IMG/VR virus record: IMGVR_UViG_3300032053_000094
Span: 1 to 55,923 of that record
Length of the DNA stretch: 55,923 nt
Reading direction: 5' to 3' (one strand)
DNA from: a virus
Taxonomy: Duplodnaviria > Caudoviricetes
Shown here: positions 16,488 through 29,351 of the stretch, in pieces
Numbering within the stretch: position 1 is the first letter of the stretch
How the letters are laid out: every line of letters starts with the position of its first letter
Translations under genes and position numbers: made by a program
Notes under the pieces: model-generated
Seen by the model: the letters and a program-made list of their open reading frames with translations, nothing else
Told to the model about the DNA's origin: nothing
Databases searched by the model: none

Positions 16488-17177
16488 TTACAGTTGAGTA
16501 CTCATTGGTTGTGTGATAAGTGATGACTTCATATTGTCTAGTTTTTCACCAAACTTAGAACCCATCCTTTCAACTAAAGGACAAACAATACCTTGTATTT
16601 TACCTTCCAATCTTTCACTGAAATCACTATCTCTAATAACACTATGAAGTGTTTTTCTTACTATATTTAAAAATTCCCCACCAAATCCTTCTTCAATCTC
16701 TAATTGTTTTAAATAAGATTCAGGAATTGAGTCAGATATTTTTTTTGTTAAAAATTCACAATCAGAAAATAATTTAGGAACATCTTTTAATTCAGTATTC
16801 TCTAAAGCGGTCGTCATATAACTTTTTAATGCAAAATTATCATCAATACCTAATTGTTCTAAAATGTATCTAACCCCTCTATCTCTAAACATTTCAATAA
16901 CAGTATTAGTTGTTCCACCAAAAAGATTTCCAATTACATTAAAAACACTACTTGCATTTTCTGCAATAAGATTACTTTCAAACCCTTGTTTGTGTAAGTA
17001 AATCATCTCAGATAGAATGTTAACTAAGACATCATCCAAATCTTTTTTAGATTTAGGTTTTGAAGATTCTAAAATAAATCTAAATCTTGTGTTAACAATT
17101 TTAGACTCTTGAATCATTCTTTTTTTGTTTTCTTTAGTCTCAACTAAAGTTTTTCTTATTGTTTTATTTAAACTCAT
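16488..17177 (-). CDS. hypothetical protein, leader-type N terminus
   Basis: 229-aa ORF; 'IRKTLVE'. Confidence 0.75.
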   Translation of the reverse strand: MSLNKTIRKTLVETKENKKRMIQESKIVNTRFRFILESSKPKSKKDLDDVLVNILSEMIYLHKQGFESNLIAENASSVFNVIGNLFGGTTNTVIEMFRDRGVRYILEQLGIDDNFALKSYMTTALENTELKDVPKLFSDCEFLTKKISDSIPESYLKQLEIEEGFGGEFLNIVRKTLHSVIRDSDFSERLEGKIQGIVCPLVERMGSKFGEKLDNMKSSLITQPMSTQL

Positions 17178-17189
17178 ATTATAACTATT

Positions 17190-19088
<1,899 letters not shown>

Positions 19089-19115
19089 AATAAATAAATA
19101 TCTTTAATTTGTGAA

Positions 19116-21128
19116 TTAATAGGATAACCAATTAGTTCCGTCCCAATAAAAAGTTCTTGAATTACTTAACTCAATAGATGTTGGTTGACCTGAACCAACA
19201 TTTTTAGTAGAATCATTAAAACTAACAATATCAGTTGCGGGGTTAAACTCACCATTTAATTTATCTTTATTTTGACTTGCCCAAATAATAAATCCAGGTT
19301 GAGTTGGACCTATTGATTTTTTCAACTCATCTTCTTTTTTTTGAAGTTCACTTTTAAGACTATCAATTTTATCATTTCCTTTTGCTCTTAAACTATCTAA
19401 CTCCACTTTTTTAGTATTTAATATACTATCAGCTTGAGCTTTAAGTTTTTTGGCGTCTTCATCTAATTTTCTTTGCCATTCTTCGGCTTTTAATTTATTT
19501 TGAGCAACTTTATCACCCTTATCAAAAACAGTATTAATCCAGTCATCCCAATAAAAATGTATTGGAGAAAAACCTTCAAGTAATGTATACCAATAAACGT
19601 TACCATCAGAAGATGTAAAAATACCTTTTAAATTTTCTAAATATTTGTCTTCAAAAATGGATAACATACTTTTATCGTCAGGTAGGTCTTTACTCGAATA
19701 GTGTTTCCATAATGTTGCAATTGTTTGCCAAAACGCCAAAAATAAAGGCATACCCACAAATTTTGCAAAATATAAATGTTTTCCTAATACCTTCCACCAA
19801 TCACTACCATATTTAACATAATATTCTTCAAAATTTGATATTTTTTTCACACTACCAGTTAAACCAAAACCAACCCCTCTATGTACAAAATTTAAAATTC
19901 TCGCTCCTAGTCCTATTTTTTTGTCAAAAATACCTTTTATTATTGTTGACCAAGTTGTTTCATCAATAAACTTAACAAGCCAACTACCTCTGTAGTCCAA
20001 ATTAGGATTAAATGGGTCATTATCTTTCATTAATTTAATAACTTCGGCAACTTTTCTTTTTTGGGAATCAGGTACATTATTATACAATATTTTTTCAATT
20101 TCATCAACCATTGTTATGTAATCAGTACCGTCTTTTTGTAAAGATTTGATATCACCCATTATATCTCTAAACATAGTTAAATCTGCCGTTTCCCCCTTTT
20201 TTAATTTTTTAGCCGCTTCATCCATTGAGGTTTTTAATTTTGAAAAAATATTTTCAATTACTTGTTCGTCCCCATCAGATTTTAACTTTGCAGATTTAAT
20301 CCACTGTCCAATATATTTTCTAACTAAATTAGTTATTGTATAACGAGATGAAAAAAATCTATTAATTGTAGTTAATTCAGCAGGACTTAATTTTTTATAG
20401 TCAATATTTTTTAATTTTTCACCAATCGCTAATTGTTTTTTATAGGCACTCTGATGTGTTTCCCAAGCTTCATTTGTTTTATTACCATAAGTACCATAAC
20501 CTTTTTTTGGGTCACCGTTTAATGGAGTATCAATCCAATCAGGATGGTTTTTATCTAACCAAGTTTGAAAATCTTTAACTTTTTCACTATTATTTAATTC
20601 TGTAGGGGGTGTTAATGAAGGTATACTTGGTAATGGGTTAACAGGTGGATTTCGAACATTACTAAACCAATTGGGTTTTTGCTTCTCAAATTCTTTAGTA
20701 ATATTACCTCCAAAATATTTTTCAATAACCGCCAATCCTTCTTGTTCTGTTTTTTTTGTTTTTGCTAATCTTTCTAATTTTAATTCCCAACTTGTTACAA
20801 AATCTTCTGCAAATTTTGGATTTTTATCTGCAACAAATTTACATAACGCGAGTAAAGAATCACGACCTCCTTTAGGATTTCCAATGGCTGTATAAATAAA
20901 ATTATTAAGTCTATCACGTACCTCTCCTCTACCTGGAAGGTAAACATCTAACTCTTGTTCAAGTTTAGGTTCCAAAAAATCTAAAATTCTTTCTGCCGCT
21001 TCTGTCCAACCCTGTTCTACTAACAACTTAGTCTCAATTATAATTTCACTTTCAATAGTTTTAACTCCATTATATTCGAAAATCTCTTTAATTCTTTGTA
21101 GTTCCTCACTTATTAAATTATTATTCAT
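19116..21128 (-). CDS. large hypothetical protein with PG-binding-like segment and TM helices
   Basis: Leader 'LISEELQRIKEI'; 'VKDFQTWL...GTYGNKTNEAW'. Confidence 0.75.
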   Translation of the reverse strand: MNNNLISEELQRIKEIFEYNGVKTIESEIIIETKLLVEQGWTEAAERILDFLEPKLEQELDVYLPGRGEVRDRLNNFIYTAIGNPKGGRDSLLALCKFVADKNPKFAEDFVTSWELKLERLAKTKKTEQEGLAVIEKYFGGNITKEFEKQKPNWFSNVRNPPVNPLPSIPSLTPPTELNNSEKVKDFQTWLDKNHPDWIDTPLNGDPKKGYGTYGNKTNEAWETHQSAYKKQLAIGEKLKNIDYKKLSPAELTTINRFFSSRYTITNLVRKYIGQWIKSAKLKSDGDEQVIENIFSKLKTSMDEAAKKLKKGETADLTMFRDIMGDIKSLQKDGTDYITMVDEIEKILYNNVPDSQKRKVAEVIKLMKDNDPFNPNLDYRGSWLVKFIDETTWSTIIKGIFDKKIGLGARILNFVHRGVGFGLTGSVKKISNFEEYYVKYGSDWWKVLGKHLYFAKFVGMPLFLAFWQTIATLWKHYSSKDLPDDKSMLSIFEDKYLENLKGIFTSSDGNVYWYTLLEGFSPIHFYWDDWINTVFDKGDKVAQNKLKAEEWQRKLDEDAKKLKAQADSILNTKKVELDSLRAKGNDKIDSLKSELQKKEDELKKSIGPTQPGFIIWASQNKDKLNGEFNPATDIVSFNDSTKNVGSGQPTSIELSNSRTFYWDGTNWLSY

Positions 21129-21150
21129 TTGTCTTTTTTTATAAATATCT

Positions 21151-22830
21151 TTATTTTGTTTGTTGTTCTTGTTGTTCAGTTGCTATTATAGAATCAAAAA
21201 AATCAGCCATTTCAGGACTGCTAAGTAATGACTTAACTTGTTCAGACGGGTTTTTTCCCATTTCTTCGTTTGCCATATTAACCGCTTTATTTAAAATAGT
21301 GTTTAACTCCGAATCAGGATTTTCCTTAATTAAGGTTGCAATTTTCACTGTCAACATTAATTTATATCCTGGGTCTTCTTTTGATTTAAGTAAATTGTCA
21401 AAATATTTTACTAATTCTTTCTTTTTATCATCCTTCATTGTTAATCCTAAGCTACTAACCATATCAGTAACTAAATGAATTGCCGTTAAATCGGCTGCCA
21501 ATCTTCCCACAAATTTACCCCCTTGAATCAACATACTTGGCTTAATAGTTTTTAAACCATATTTGATTATTAAGTTATTAATATTTGATAACTCCATATT
21601 TGACATCGCTGGTATATTTTTTATCGCCCACTTAGAACCATTTTCTATTGTATTTTTATCAAATAATGCCACTCTTCTAAATAAAGATTTTTCAGATTGA
21701 CTAAAACTACTCACCAATAATTTTAATTCTTTTGGGTTATTTAAATTATATTTCGCCATTTTGGTTATTATTGAGTCAACTAATTTCAAGGTTGGGGCTT
21801 TTGTTAACCCAAAAGCAGCATGAGCATATGGTAAAACTGCAAATACAAAATACATTACTGATTCACTAGTTAAACCTTTATTTTCAAGTGTTATTGCCGC
21901 TCCGATTGAAAAAGGAAGACCGAATTTAATTCCCAATCTTATTACTTTTGCCAATACATATGCTTGTCTAGCTTCAGCAGCAAGAGCGAAACCATCAGAA
22001 AGAAAGTCAGCGGCTAGCCACGCAACTATTTCAATAAGAGGTTGCCAAGTATCCCAGAATTTTTGAAGTCCTGATTTACTTACTTCAGCAAGAGCATTTG
22101 GGTCATATTGAAATATCACATTCAAATAATCTTCCATTGTTTGATATTTTTTTGAAATATCTGCTAGTTTATTCTTGTATATTTTATCTCTTTGATTACT
22201 ACTAACGGTGGCAAAATAATCAGACCCAGGTACTATTGGCCTTATGTCTCCTTGATAAAACTTTTTATCATCTGCAAATTCTTTTTGTTTTTCTTTTAAC
22301 TTTAATTTTTGCCAATCTGTAAATAATTTATAATCTTCTTTTGAAATACCATACGGAAAATCAAAATGATAATATTCTTTTTTTAAGTCGTCTAATTCTC
22401 TTTGTTTCTGTCCTACGGTTACGGTATCAAATCCTTTTTGTCTTTGAATCGTATTACCCATAGGGGCGTCAGTAGGGTTTTGTTGAAATTGTTGAAACTT
22501 ATATTTATCTTGTTTATCGTATCTTTGATTTATCTCTTGAACTTTCTTCAAATATTCAGGATATTCATCAGGTTCAAATCCCCAAGGAACTCCTCTTTTT
22601 TTAATTACTTCTTCATAAGTTGGTGGAGGTGTTGTTGTTGTTGTTGTTGTTGTTTCAGATTTTTTATTATACTGTCTTAATAATTCTTTATTATATCGAG
22701 TGTCCAATTTTTCGTCTGGTTGTTCTGATAATAATTTATTTTCCGTCAAAGTTTTTGACATATCATAACCCATTAATAGTTTAATCCTATTAAGTGAATC
22801 CAATCCTTCTTGTAATTTTACATTATCCAT
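21151..22830 (-). CDS. large hypothetical protein with hydrophobic core
   Basis: Leader 'LNRIKLLMGYDMSKTLTEN..LLSEQ', poly-Thr linker. Confidence 0.75.
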   Translation of the reverse strand: MDNVKLQEGLDSLNRIKLLMGYDMSKTLTENKLLSEQPDEKLDTRYNKELLRQYNKKSETTTTTTTTPPPTYEEVIKKRGVPWGFEPDEYPEYLKKVQEINQRYDKQDKYKFQQFQQNPTDAPMGNTIQRQKGFDTVTVGQKQRELDDLKKEYYHFDFPYGISKEDYKLFTDWQKLKLKEKQKEFADDKKFYQGDIRPIVPGSDYFATVSSNQRDKIYKNKLADISKKYQTMEDYLNVIFQYDPNALAEVSKSGLQKFWDTWQPLIEIVAWLAADFLSDGFALAAEARQAYVLAKVIRLGIKFGLPFSIGAAITLENKGLTSESVMYFVFAVLPYAHAAFGLTKAPTLKLVDSIITKMAKYNLNNPKELKLLVSSFSQSEKSLFRRVALFDKNTIENGSKWAIKNIPAMSNMELSNINNLIIKYGLKTIKPSMLIQGGKFVGRLAADLTAIHLVTDMVSSLGLTMKDDKKKELVKYFDNLLKSKEDPGYKLMLTVKIATLIKENPDSELNTILNKAVNMANEEMGKNPSEQVKSLLSSPEMADFFDSIIATEQQEQQTK

Positions 22831-22831
22831 T

Positions 22832-23077
22832 TTAAGTTAATTGATTTGCGGGACCTCTAGTTAATCCTGATTCCCATTTAGTATTACCTAACGGATTTGC
22901 ATGGCCTCTCTTTAACCCAGCACCAACGGTTGCTGACCAAGTAGTTACATTATTTTTTCCTCCTGTAGAACCTGCAGTAGAAGATGCAGTTGCATCTTGT
23001 TCACCCAACTCTTCTGATGAGGAATTTTTGGTATATTTAGACATTAAATTGATTAAAAAATCTATGTTAGTTTTCAT
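22832..23077 (-). CDS. hypothetical protein
   Basis: 81 aa; repeated 'W...G L.RG.AN.L' motif twice. Confidence 0.7.
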   Translation of the reverse strand: MKTNIDFLINLMSKYTKNSSSEELGEQDATASSTAGSTGGKNNVTTWSATVGAGLKRGHANPLGNTKWESGLTRGPANQLT

Positions 23078-23078
23078 T

Positions 23079-23369
23079 TTATTCTTTTTCTGGTATCCTA
23101 TCTGAATATATCATATAATATTCATTTAAAAATGACATTAATTCTATTTCATCAATATCGTTAAAATTCAATAACTCGTCCCCATCTTCATAATCATCAT
23201 AAAACCCAAAATCTTCATTAATTAAAACATAACCAAAATCATCGGCTTCTTTTAATTCCACGTCATCAATTCTAATTTCAGAATCAGAATCTTCATTCAT
23301 TCTAAATTTAACTTCAACTGTATCTGAAGTTTTATTTAATTTGTACGATATAATTTCAACAATTTCCAT
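23079..23369 (-). CDS. acidic hypothetical protein
   Basis: 96-aa ORF in operon. Confidence 0.7.
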   Translation of the reverse strand: MEIVEIISYKLNKTSDTVEVKFRMNEDSDSEIRIDDVELKEADDFGYVLINEDFGFYDDYEDGDELLNFNDIDEIELMSFLNEYYMIYSDRIPEKE

Positions 23370-23415
23370 AACTATATTTTACTATAAAATATCTGAAAAT
23401 TTAGTAAAAGATAAA

Positions 23416-24081
23416 TTAATTATATTGTTTGAATTTATTAAACCATTTTAAAGAGTCTTGAATTGACTCTTTAATGTCATCACTCTCATCACCAAATTCA
23501 ATTTCACTTTGTATTTCGTTCATAACCTCATCAATATTTATATCATCTTCGTCATACTCATCATCTTCATTAATTCCAAATTCATCGGCAACTATTGATA
23601 ATGCAATGTCTTCATCTTCATCTTCGTCCATAGCCAACGCAGTATTTGAATCCCCCTTAGCACCAATAGCCAAAGCTAAATCTTCGTCCTCATCTTCGGT
23701 ATAATCAAATTTATTTTTATCCATATTTTTTGCAACTTTATACCCACACTCATTACATTCACCCTCCATAATTTGTCCACCACATTCGTTACACATGTCT
23801 TCACTCATTCCTCCATTACCACATTCACACACATCTTCGTATAAACCACACTCAGAGCAAATATCCTTCGATTCCTTCATGTATATCTTATTATTGTATG
23901 TTGATACCTCTCCTTTAGAATTAACCGTAATTCCCCCCTTATCGTTTGCATAATCCTGAGTATATAACGGTTGCATATTTGATTGATTCTGTCTAACAGC
24001 ATATCCATCATAAACTGTTTTATGTTTATCAAGAATATTTTCTTTTTCTTCTCTTGTTAAATTCATGTAATAGTTATTCAT
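23416..24081 (-). CDS. acidic protein with CxEC repeats
   Basis: CSECG, CECG, CNECG x2; leader 'LTREEKENILDKH'. Confidence 0.75.
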   Translation of the reverse strand: MNNYYMNLTREEKENILDKHKTVYDGYAVRQNQSNMQPLYTQDYANDKGGITVNSKGEVSTYNNKIYMKESKDICSECGLYEDVCECGNGGMSEDMCNECGGQIMEGECNECGYKVAKNMDKNKFDYTEDEDEDLALAIGAKGDSNTALAMDEDEDEDIALSIVADEFGINEDDEYDEDDINIDEVMNEIQSEIEFGDESDDIKESIQDSLKWFNKFKQYN

Positions 24082-24105
24082 AACTTATAAGTTTTAATAT
24101 AAATA

Positions 24106-24696
24106 TCAAGAAAGAACATTAATATAGTGCATTAATATTTTCTCCGAATACTTTCGTAAATACCTGTTTATATTTTCAACGCTTAATTCTTTATTTTCTT
24201 TTTCTAATATTTTTATAACACCATTTATCATGGCAGACTGAGATTGATTTGCCATATCTAACATCTCATCAAATTTTTCTTGTTTTTCATCATCAAAATC
24301 ATTATAATGAAATTGATGTTCAATTCTTTCTTTACCTTGCCATAGATATGGTGACGCACCAAACATATTGGTAATTCCCGAATCTTTTACTTTAATTAAA
24401 AACTCAACTAAAGTATTCGTATCAAAATTGGCAATATCCAAATTTTTTGATAACCAATCATCTTGATACGCTTCATCTATTTTTTTAGGCACATCTAACG
24501 TCCAAGCGTCATCTGTTGATATCAATGATAATTTACTACCATTTTCCCAATCGGCATAAATCAAATTTCCGTCTCCACCAAATGGGTCTTTCTGTACTCT
24601 AGTAACAATCCCCTTTAATCCTGGTGACATTGTTTCTCCTTTCATATATAATAATATGATTTTATCTCCTTCTTTTACCGCAGGGTTAATTTCCAT
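24106..24696 (-). CDS. DUF4314-like SH3 fold + 'SGITNMFGASPYL' domain protein
   Basis: GDKIILLYM..GIVTRV..WENGSKLSL. Confidence 0.65.
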   Translation of the reverse strand: MEINPAVKEGDKIILLYMKGETMSPGLKGIVTRVQKDPFGGDGNLIYADWENGSKLSLISTDDAWTLDVPKKIDEAYQDDWLSKNLDIANFDTNTLVEFLIKVKDSGITNMFGASPYLWQGKERIEHQFHYNDFDDEKQEKFDEMLDMANQSQSAMINGVIKILEKENKELSVENINRYLRKYSEKILMHYINVLS

Positions 24697-24751
24697 TTTT
24701 TTAATTTTATGTTTAACAATAAATATATTGGAAGTATTTATTGTTACTATT

Positions 24752-25369
24752 ATGAAAGTATTAATAACTGAAAGTCAATATAAATCAATTATATTAGAAT
24801 CTTCTGGAAAAAAAATAAATGCAAACTTAGAAACATTAAAAAGATTTGCAGAAGAAGTTGTTGGTAAATTCCAAGAAGATACAGGTATTCAATTTAAATT
24901 ACTCTTCACTTGGGGTGCAGCTGTTGGTGGAATGTTATTACCACTTAATGATTATATAGAAAATAATGACTTTAATATAACACCATTTCAGATAAGTTCT
25001 ATTTTAGTGGCAACCGCAGCAGTATTATTTGGAGAAAATTCAAGACTAATTAAAAAAATCATATCTAAAATAAAAGAAGACGGAATTGAAGAAATATTTA
25101 ATAATGTTTTAGATAAAGGGACTCAATTAAAACAAGCGTTTTTAGATTTTACAGATAGTTTAAATATTACCATATACACTATGACTAATATTATGAGTTA
25201 CGCATTTTTAATTCCAATATTACCCGTATTATGGGAAATCTCAAATGATGGTGCAGATTCTAATGATATAAAAGAAATAATTACCAGATTATTAGCCTTC
25301 GGATTAACATCGGTGACAGGGTCATTCTTAAAAACTTTAATTTCTAAAATAATTAAAAGATTCCGATAA
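24752..25369 (+). CDS. membrane protein with 'MKVLITESQY' leader
   Basis: True start at 24752 after TATTTAT; hydrophobic segments. Confidence 0.75.
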   Translation: MKVLITESQYKSIILESSGKKINANLETLKRFAEEVVGKFQEDTGIQFKLLFTWGAAVGGMLLPLNDYIENNDFNITPFQISSILVATAAVLFGENSRLIKKIISKIKEDGIEEIFNNVLDKGTQLKQAFLDFTDSLNITIYTMTNIMSYAFLIPILPVLWEISNDGADSNDIKEIITRLLAFGLTSVTGSFLKTLISKIIKRFR

Positions 25370-25370
25370 C

Positions 25371-26321
25371 TTATTTTTTTGTGTTTAGTATCACATTGAT
25401 GATTCTTTCTTTCGAATCATCGGTTAACACTATATTTTTATTAAAAAAGTCCCTAACAATTTTTTCAAATGGTTGATTTCTAATTTTGGATAATCTTTTA
25501 AATCCCGCAATTTGGGCATCCAATTCATGTGGTTGTAAATAATATTTTTCAGGGTCAGTTTCATCCGTAGGTCTATCAATACCTCTTTCTGATTGAATTA
25601 AATGTTGTAGTTCGTGTCTTATCAATTCATTTAGTTCACCAATTAAATCGTAATAAGTGTGTGGAAAAAATTTAGGGTTATATATTATTTCAACCTCAAA
25701 AGTGTCGTCCTCATCATAATAACCACCATCTAATTCAAATCCTTCCACAGTATCACTTTTAATAATTTGAACTTCAACTGTAAAATCAGTATTCAAACTA
25801 GGAAAATCATATGTCATTTTATCTGTAATATCTTCGGGTAAAGTATATTCCCCTTCCTCTCTATTAAAAACTTTAATAATATCTTGAACAACTTTTCTAA
25901 CAATACCTTTTTTTTCTGATTTACCTTCTGTAATATTTTCAGTGTCATATCTCTTACCAACAAATCTTATAGATGTTAATACAGGTGTATCCGAAACACT
26001 GAAATATTTTAAGACACTCCATATATAGTTTTCAAGTTTTGTTGCGGTAAAATACATTCTATCTTTAATCTCAAATGCACTATCCTGAATGTCTGGAATA
26101 AATCCATCAAAAGTCGGAGGAGTAATATTTAAAACTGTCACATCAATCCCTACGTGATTCTTTGGTTCACCCATATGTCGTAATTCTACATCACCTACTA
26201 ATTTAATTTTGAAATCCATTACTACTTCCAACGAAACTCCTCCCATAACTGGACCAGTATACTGGAAAACTTTATCACCAATAACACGATTTACCATGTC
26301 ATAAAAATCTTTTTTATCCAT
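25371..26321 (-). CDS. two-domain protein with C-terminal HExxH zincin-like domain
   Basis: IRHELQHLIQ...YYLQPHELDA; internal 'ITE' junction. Confidence 0.7.
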   Translation of the reverse strand: MDKKDFYDMVNRVIGDKVFQYTGPVMGGVSLEVVMDFKIKLVGDVELRHMGEPKNHVGIDVTVLNITPPTFDGFIPDIQDSAFEIKDRMYFTATKLENYIWSVLKYFSVSDTPVLTSIRFVGKRYDTENITEGKSEKKGIVRKVVQDIIKVFNREEGEYTLPEDITDKMTYDFPSLNTDFTVEVQIIKSDTVEGFELDGGYYDEDDTFEVEIIYNPKFFPHTYYDLIGELNELIRHELQHLIQSERGIDRPTDETDPEKYYLQPHELDAQIAGFKRLSKIRNQPFEKIVRDFFNKNIVLTDDSKERIINVILNTKK

Positions 26322-26396
26322 ATTAACTATAAATATGCTAACATACTAATTAAAAAATATTTTTTTAATTCAAATGAAATACATATCTTTGTATAT

Positions 26397-26627
26397 ATGG
26401 CAGTAATAGTAAACTCAAAACAGGAATTAAAACCGACTAAATTTGAAAGAATTTATGAGGATGATGATTGTATTTCTATTTGGAAATATGATTTAAATAA
26501 ATTCAAAAATGGACCTATTGAGGTGGAATATAAATATAAAAGGGGATATAAGCACCCTGCTTTAAATCAGAAAAAGTTTTTAAAAGATGTTATAATAGAT
26601 GAAAAAAAGAAATTAGGGGGTAAGTAA
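26397..26627 (+). CDS. hypothetical protein
   Basis: TATCTTTG just upstream. Confidence 0.7.
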   Translation: MAVIVNSKQELKPTKFERIYEDDDCISIWKYDLNKFKNGPIEVEYKYKRGYKHPALNQKKFLKDVIIDEKKKLGGK

Positions 26628-27206
26628 TTCAATTCTTTGCTCGATAATCATTTTAAGTTTTTGCAATTCTTTTAACTCGTTTTGTCTTTCTTTTCTATTT
26701 TCTAATAGTACGTTATTATTTTTTTTACTTTCCTTAACCACATCACCAACATATTCAATACTAGTCATATCCCAATCATCAGTTTCATTATCAGTATTCT
26801 CCTCATCAATTAAATCACCATCATAATAACTTAAATCACCATTATTAAACATATCATTTACAAAATTTTTATTGTAAGCATTATAATCTAATACCCACCT
26901 TTCAGTGTAATACTTTCTACCAGTAACTCTGAAATATAATTTGAATTTTTTAAGTTTTGGGATTATTAATCTCCCATCAATATTATCCTCATTCAACATA
27001 AAAAGTTCGGCAAAAAAACCAATATCTTCATAATCAACATCTGTAAATCCGAATTTTTTTAATATAGTTTTAATATCATCAAAAGTACCTGTATCTTCAT
27101 ATACTACCTCCATATCATCAAAACTGATACCGTCTTTAATAAACTCCTGTAGTATCATTTTTATTATACTCTCAGGTAAGGTCTTATATGGTTGACTCAA
27201 TGTCAT
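26613..27206 (-). CDS. hypothetical protein
   Basis: 197-aa ORF after TATTTAT. Confidence 0.7.
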   Translation of the reverse strand: MTLSQPYKTLPESIIKMILQEFIKDGISFDDMEVVYEDTGTFDDIKTILKKFGFTDVDYEDIGFFAELFMLNEDNIDGRLIIPKLKKFKLYFRVTGRKYYTERWVLDYNAYNKNFVNDMFNNGDLSYYDGDLIDEENTDNETDDWDMTSIEYVGDVVKESKKNNNVLLENRKERQNELKELQKLKMIIEQRIELLTP

Positions 27207-27238
27207 AATAATAAATATACCTTAAATAAGAAAACCAC

Positions 27239-27898
27239 CTAAAGAGGTGGTATTTCTTCATCATAATTTAATACAATGGGTTTGTTGTCATATTTGTAAC
27301 TCTCACCAAGATTGGCAGCATTTACAAATGTAGTTTCATTTAAATCACGGACACCATAACCATAATGTATATGACCACAAGCATGAATTTTAGGCTTAAT
27401 ATCCATAACCCTATTTAATAAGTCCTCACAACCAACTCTAAGTCCTTGGATTGTATCATCTAATACTCCAAACACAGGTCCATGTGTTACTAAAATATCT
27501 ACATTACCTGGTATTTTGTCCCATTTCTCAGCGATTTTTTCTCCTCTTGGGACATTAAAAGCCCAATTATAGAATTCAGGTTGCCAAGGAGTACCATAAA
27601 TTTTAATTCCGTCAATCTCAACCATTTCATCTTGAAGATAGATAACACCATGTGGTATTGCAACACCAACCTCATTACTTTTTCTAATCTTCTCAAATCC
27701 AAAGTCGTGATTACCCGCAATAAAGATTTTATATGTATACGGTAAATTACTAAACCATTCTGTAAATTGGTTAATCTCGTAAATCAAACCACGATTACTA
27801 ACATCACCACAATGGATAATCATAAATCCACCAGGTAAATCCTTAGTTAACTCATTGTGTTTTCCGTGAGTGTCGGAAATGAACGTAATGTCTCTCAT
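27239..27898 (-). CDS. calcineurin-like metallophosphoesterase (MPPED-like)
   Basis: SDTH, HCGD, AGNHD, THGP, GHIH. Confidence 0.9.
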   Translation of the reverse strand: MRDITFISDTHGKHNELTKDLPGGFMIIHCGDVSNRGLIYEINQFTEWFSNLPYTYKIFIAGNHDFGFEKIRKSNEVGVAIPHGVIYLQDEMVEIDGIKIYGTPWQPEFYNWAFNVPRGEKIAEKWDKIPGNVDILVTHGPVFGVLDDTIQGLRVGCEDLLNRVMDIKPKIHACGHIHYGYGVRDLNETTFVNAANLGESYKYDNKPIVLNYDEEIPPL

Positions 27899-27915
27899 AT
27901 TATTTTAATTTACAA

Positions 27916-28065
27916 TTATCCAAAATCTTTTTCATCATCTTCTAATTTTAAGAAGTCATCTCCCTTATAATTGGGGTTATTTTTTTTCATCTTATCAATC
28001 CCTCTGACCCAAAGGTAAGAAATAATTCCCGTAATTACAAACATTGTTAAATATACTTTCCACAT
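27916..28065 (-). CDS. 49-aa membrane peptide (paralog of 14618-14788)
   Basis: MWKVYLTMFVITGIISYLWVRGIDKMKKNNPNYKGDDFL... Confidence 0.7.
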   Translation of the reverse strand: MWKVYLTMFVITGIISYLWVRGIDKMKKNNPNYKGDDFLKLEDDEKDFG

Positions 28066-28074
28066 ATTATAAAT

Positions 28075-28683
28075 TTATTTAATTTTTAATTTACATTTAT
28101 CAAAATGCCATCTAAACATAGTATTACCCCCTATCATATTACAATGAGGACATTTATATTTTTTTTGTAATTTTGCTTCAGGGTTTTTATTAAAATATTC
28201 TTTTAAAGTATTTGATATTTTATTACTTAAAATTTTTTTTGAATCATCATCTATATTTTTCCATTGATTCAACGCACCTAATTTTCTTTTTTCTTTTTCC
28301 AATTCAGCATTGGTTATTCCGTGAATTTCCTCATATGTTTTATTTGATAGTGCTTTAGATATTTTTATTTTAGTTTTTTCATTATGATTCATTTTGAATC
28401 CTTTACCTCCGCTTGTTAAGTTCATACAAAACTTATCATCTATGCTTTCACTAATTAATAAAGTTTCGGTTATTTCAGTTTCCTCTCTATTAGGGAAAAA
28501 ACCAAGTATCTCTTTAATGTGTTTATCTTTCCCATATTTTCTAATTGACCTTCTCAATATTCTCCCACTACCTAAATACCCATCGTCAATTTTTGACGTG
28601 GAATGTATCCCAATATAATATCGTTTAGTTATTAAACAGGTTGTTTTATAAACATAATGAATGTCATGTTTTTTTCTTGGCAT
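28075..28683 (-). CDS. free-standing GIY-YIG homing endonuclease
   Basis: YVYKTT..YYIGIH..DGYLGSG; C-terminal CPHC..RWHFDKC. Confidence 0.88.
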   Translation of the reverse strand: MPRKKHDIHYVYKTTCLITKRYYIGIHSTSKIDDGYLGSGRILRRSIRKYGKDKHIKEILGFFPNREETEITETLLISESIDDKFCMNLTSGGKGFKMNHNEKTKIKISKALSNKTYEEIHGITNAELEKEKRKLGALNQWKNIDDDSKKILSNKISNTLKEYFNKNPEAKLQKKYKCPHCNMIGGNTMFRWHFDKCKLKIK

Positions 28684-28729
28684 ATTTATATATTTCTATA
28701 TAAATATCTAAAAAGAACAAAAAAGTCCA

Positions 28730-29242
28730 TCAATCCCACCATCCACGCATTCCTGTCCCATCAAACCACTCATCCCATTCCCCAATAAAAGGACTGTATT
28801 TAGAATTATCCTGTCCCTTGAATATCTCCCAAAGTTCTCTCCATTCTTGTTCCTCAATTTCACGGGCTCTATCATACACCTTACCATTATGTTCTTTTTC
28901 TTCAGGTGTTAAATTATCCACTAATTCATACGACCCAATATGTGATTCCGAATCTTTAAATTGTATTGGTCTGATATGTAAATCACCTAATTCTTTTTCA
29001 GCCATTTCAATATGTTCAACCCCTTTCACATTGTTCATAATCTCAATTGCTCTTCTCATCTTTGCAACTTTTTTGAGACGAGGTTCATCAACTTCAAGAC
29101 CTTTTGTTTCGAGATTATCTGACATCTCTTTTAGAGATACTTTTAGAATATCCAAAGTGAAAGTATAATCCCACCATCTGAAATTCCAAATCACTTTTCT
29201 AAAAGTCCAAAAATTCTTTAAAGATTTTATAAATTTTTTCAT
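28730..29242 (-). CDS. conserved phage hypothetical (start MKKFIK)
   Basis: RWWD ... RGWWD; TATCTTTG upstream. Confidence 0.7.
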   Translation of the reverse strand: MKKFIKSLKNFWTFRKVIWNFRWWDYTFTLDILKVSLKEMSDNLETKGLEVDEPRLKKVAKMRRAIEIMNNVKGVEHIEMAEKELGDLHIRPIQFKDSESHIGSYELVDNLTPEEKEHNGKVYDRAREIEEQEWRELWEIFKGQDNSKYSPFIGEWDEWFDGTGMRGWWD

Positions 29243-29351
29243 TATTTGTTTTTTACAAAGATAGTAATTTTTAAACAAAAAAAAAAGATTCAGAAAAAAT
29301 CTGAATCCTTTTTTTTATATAGACACCATTAAGGTGGATTAGTAAGCTTGG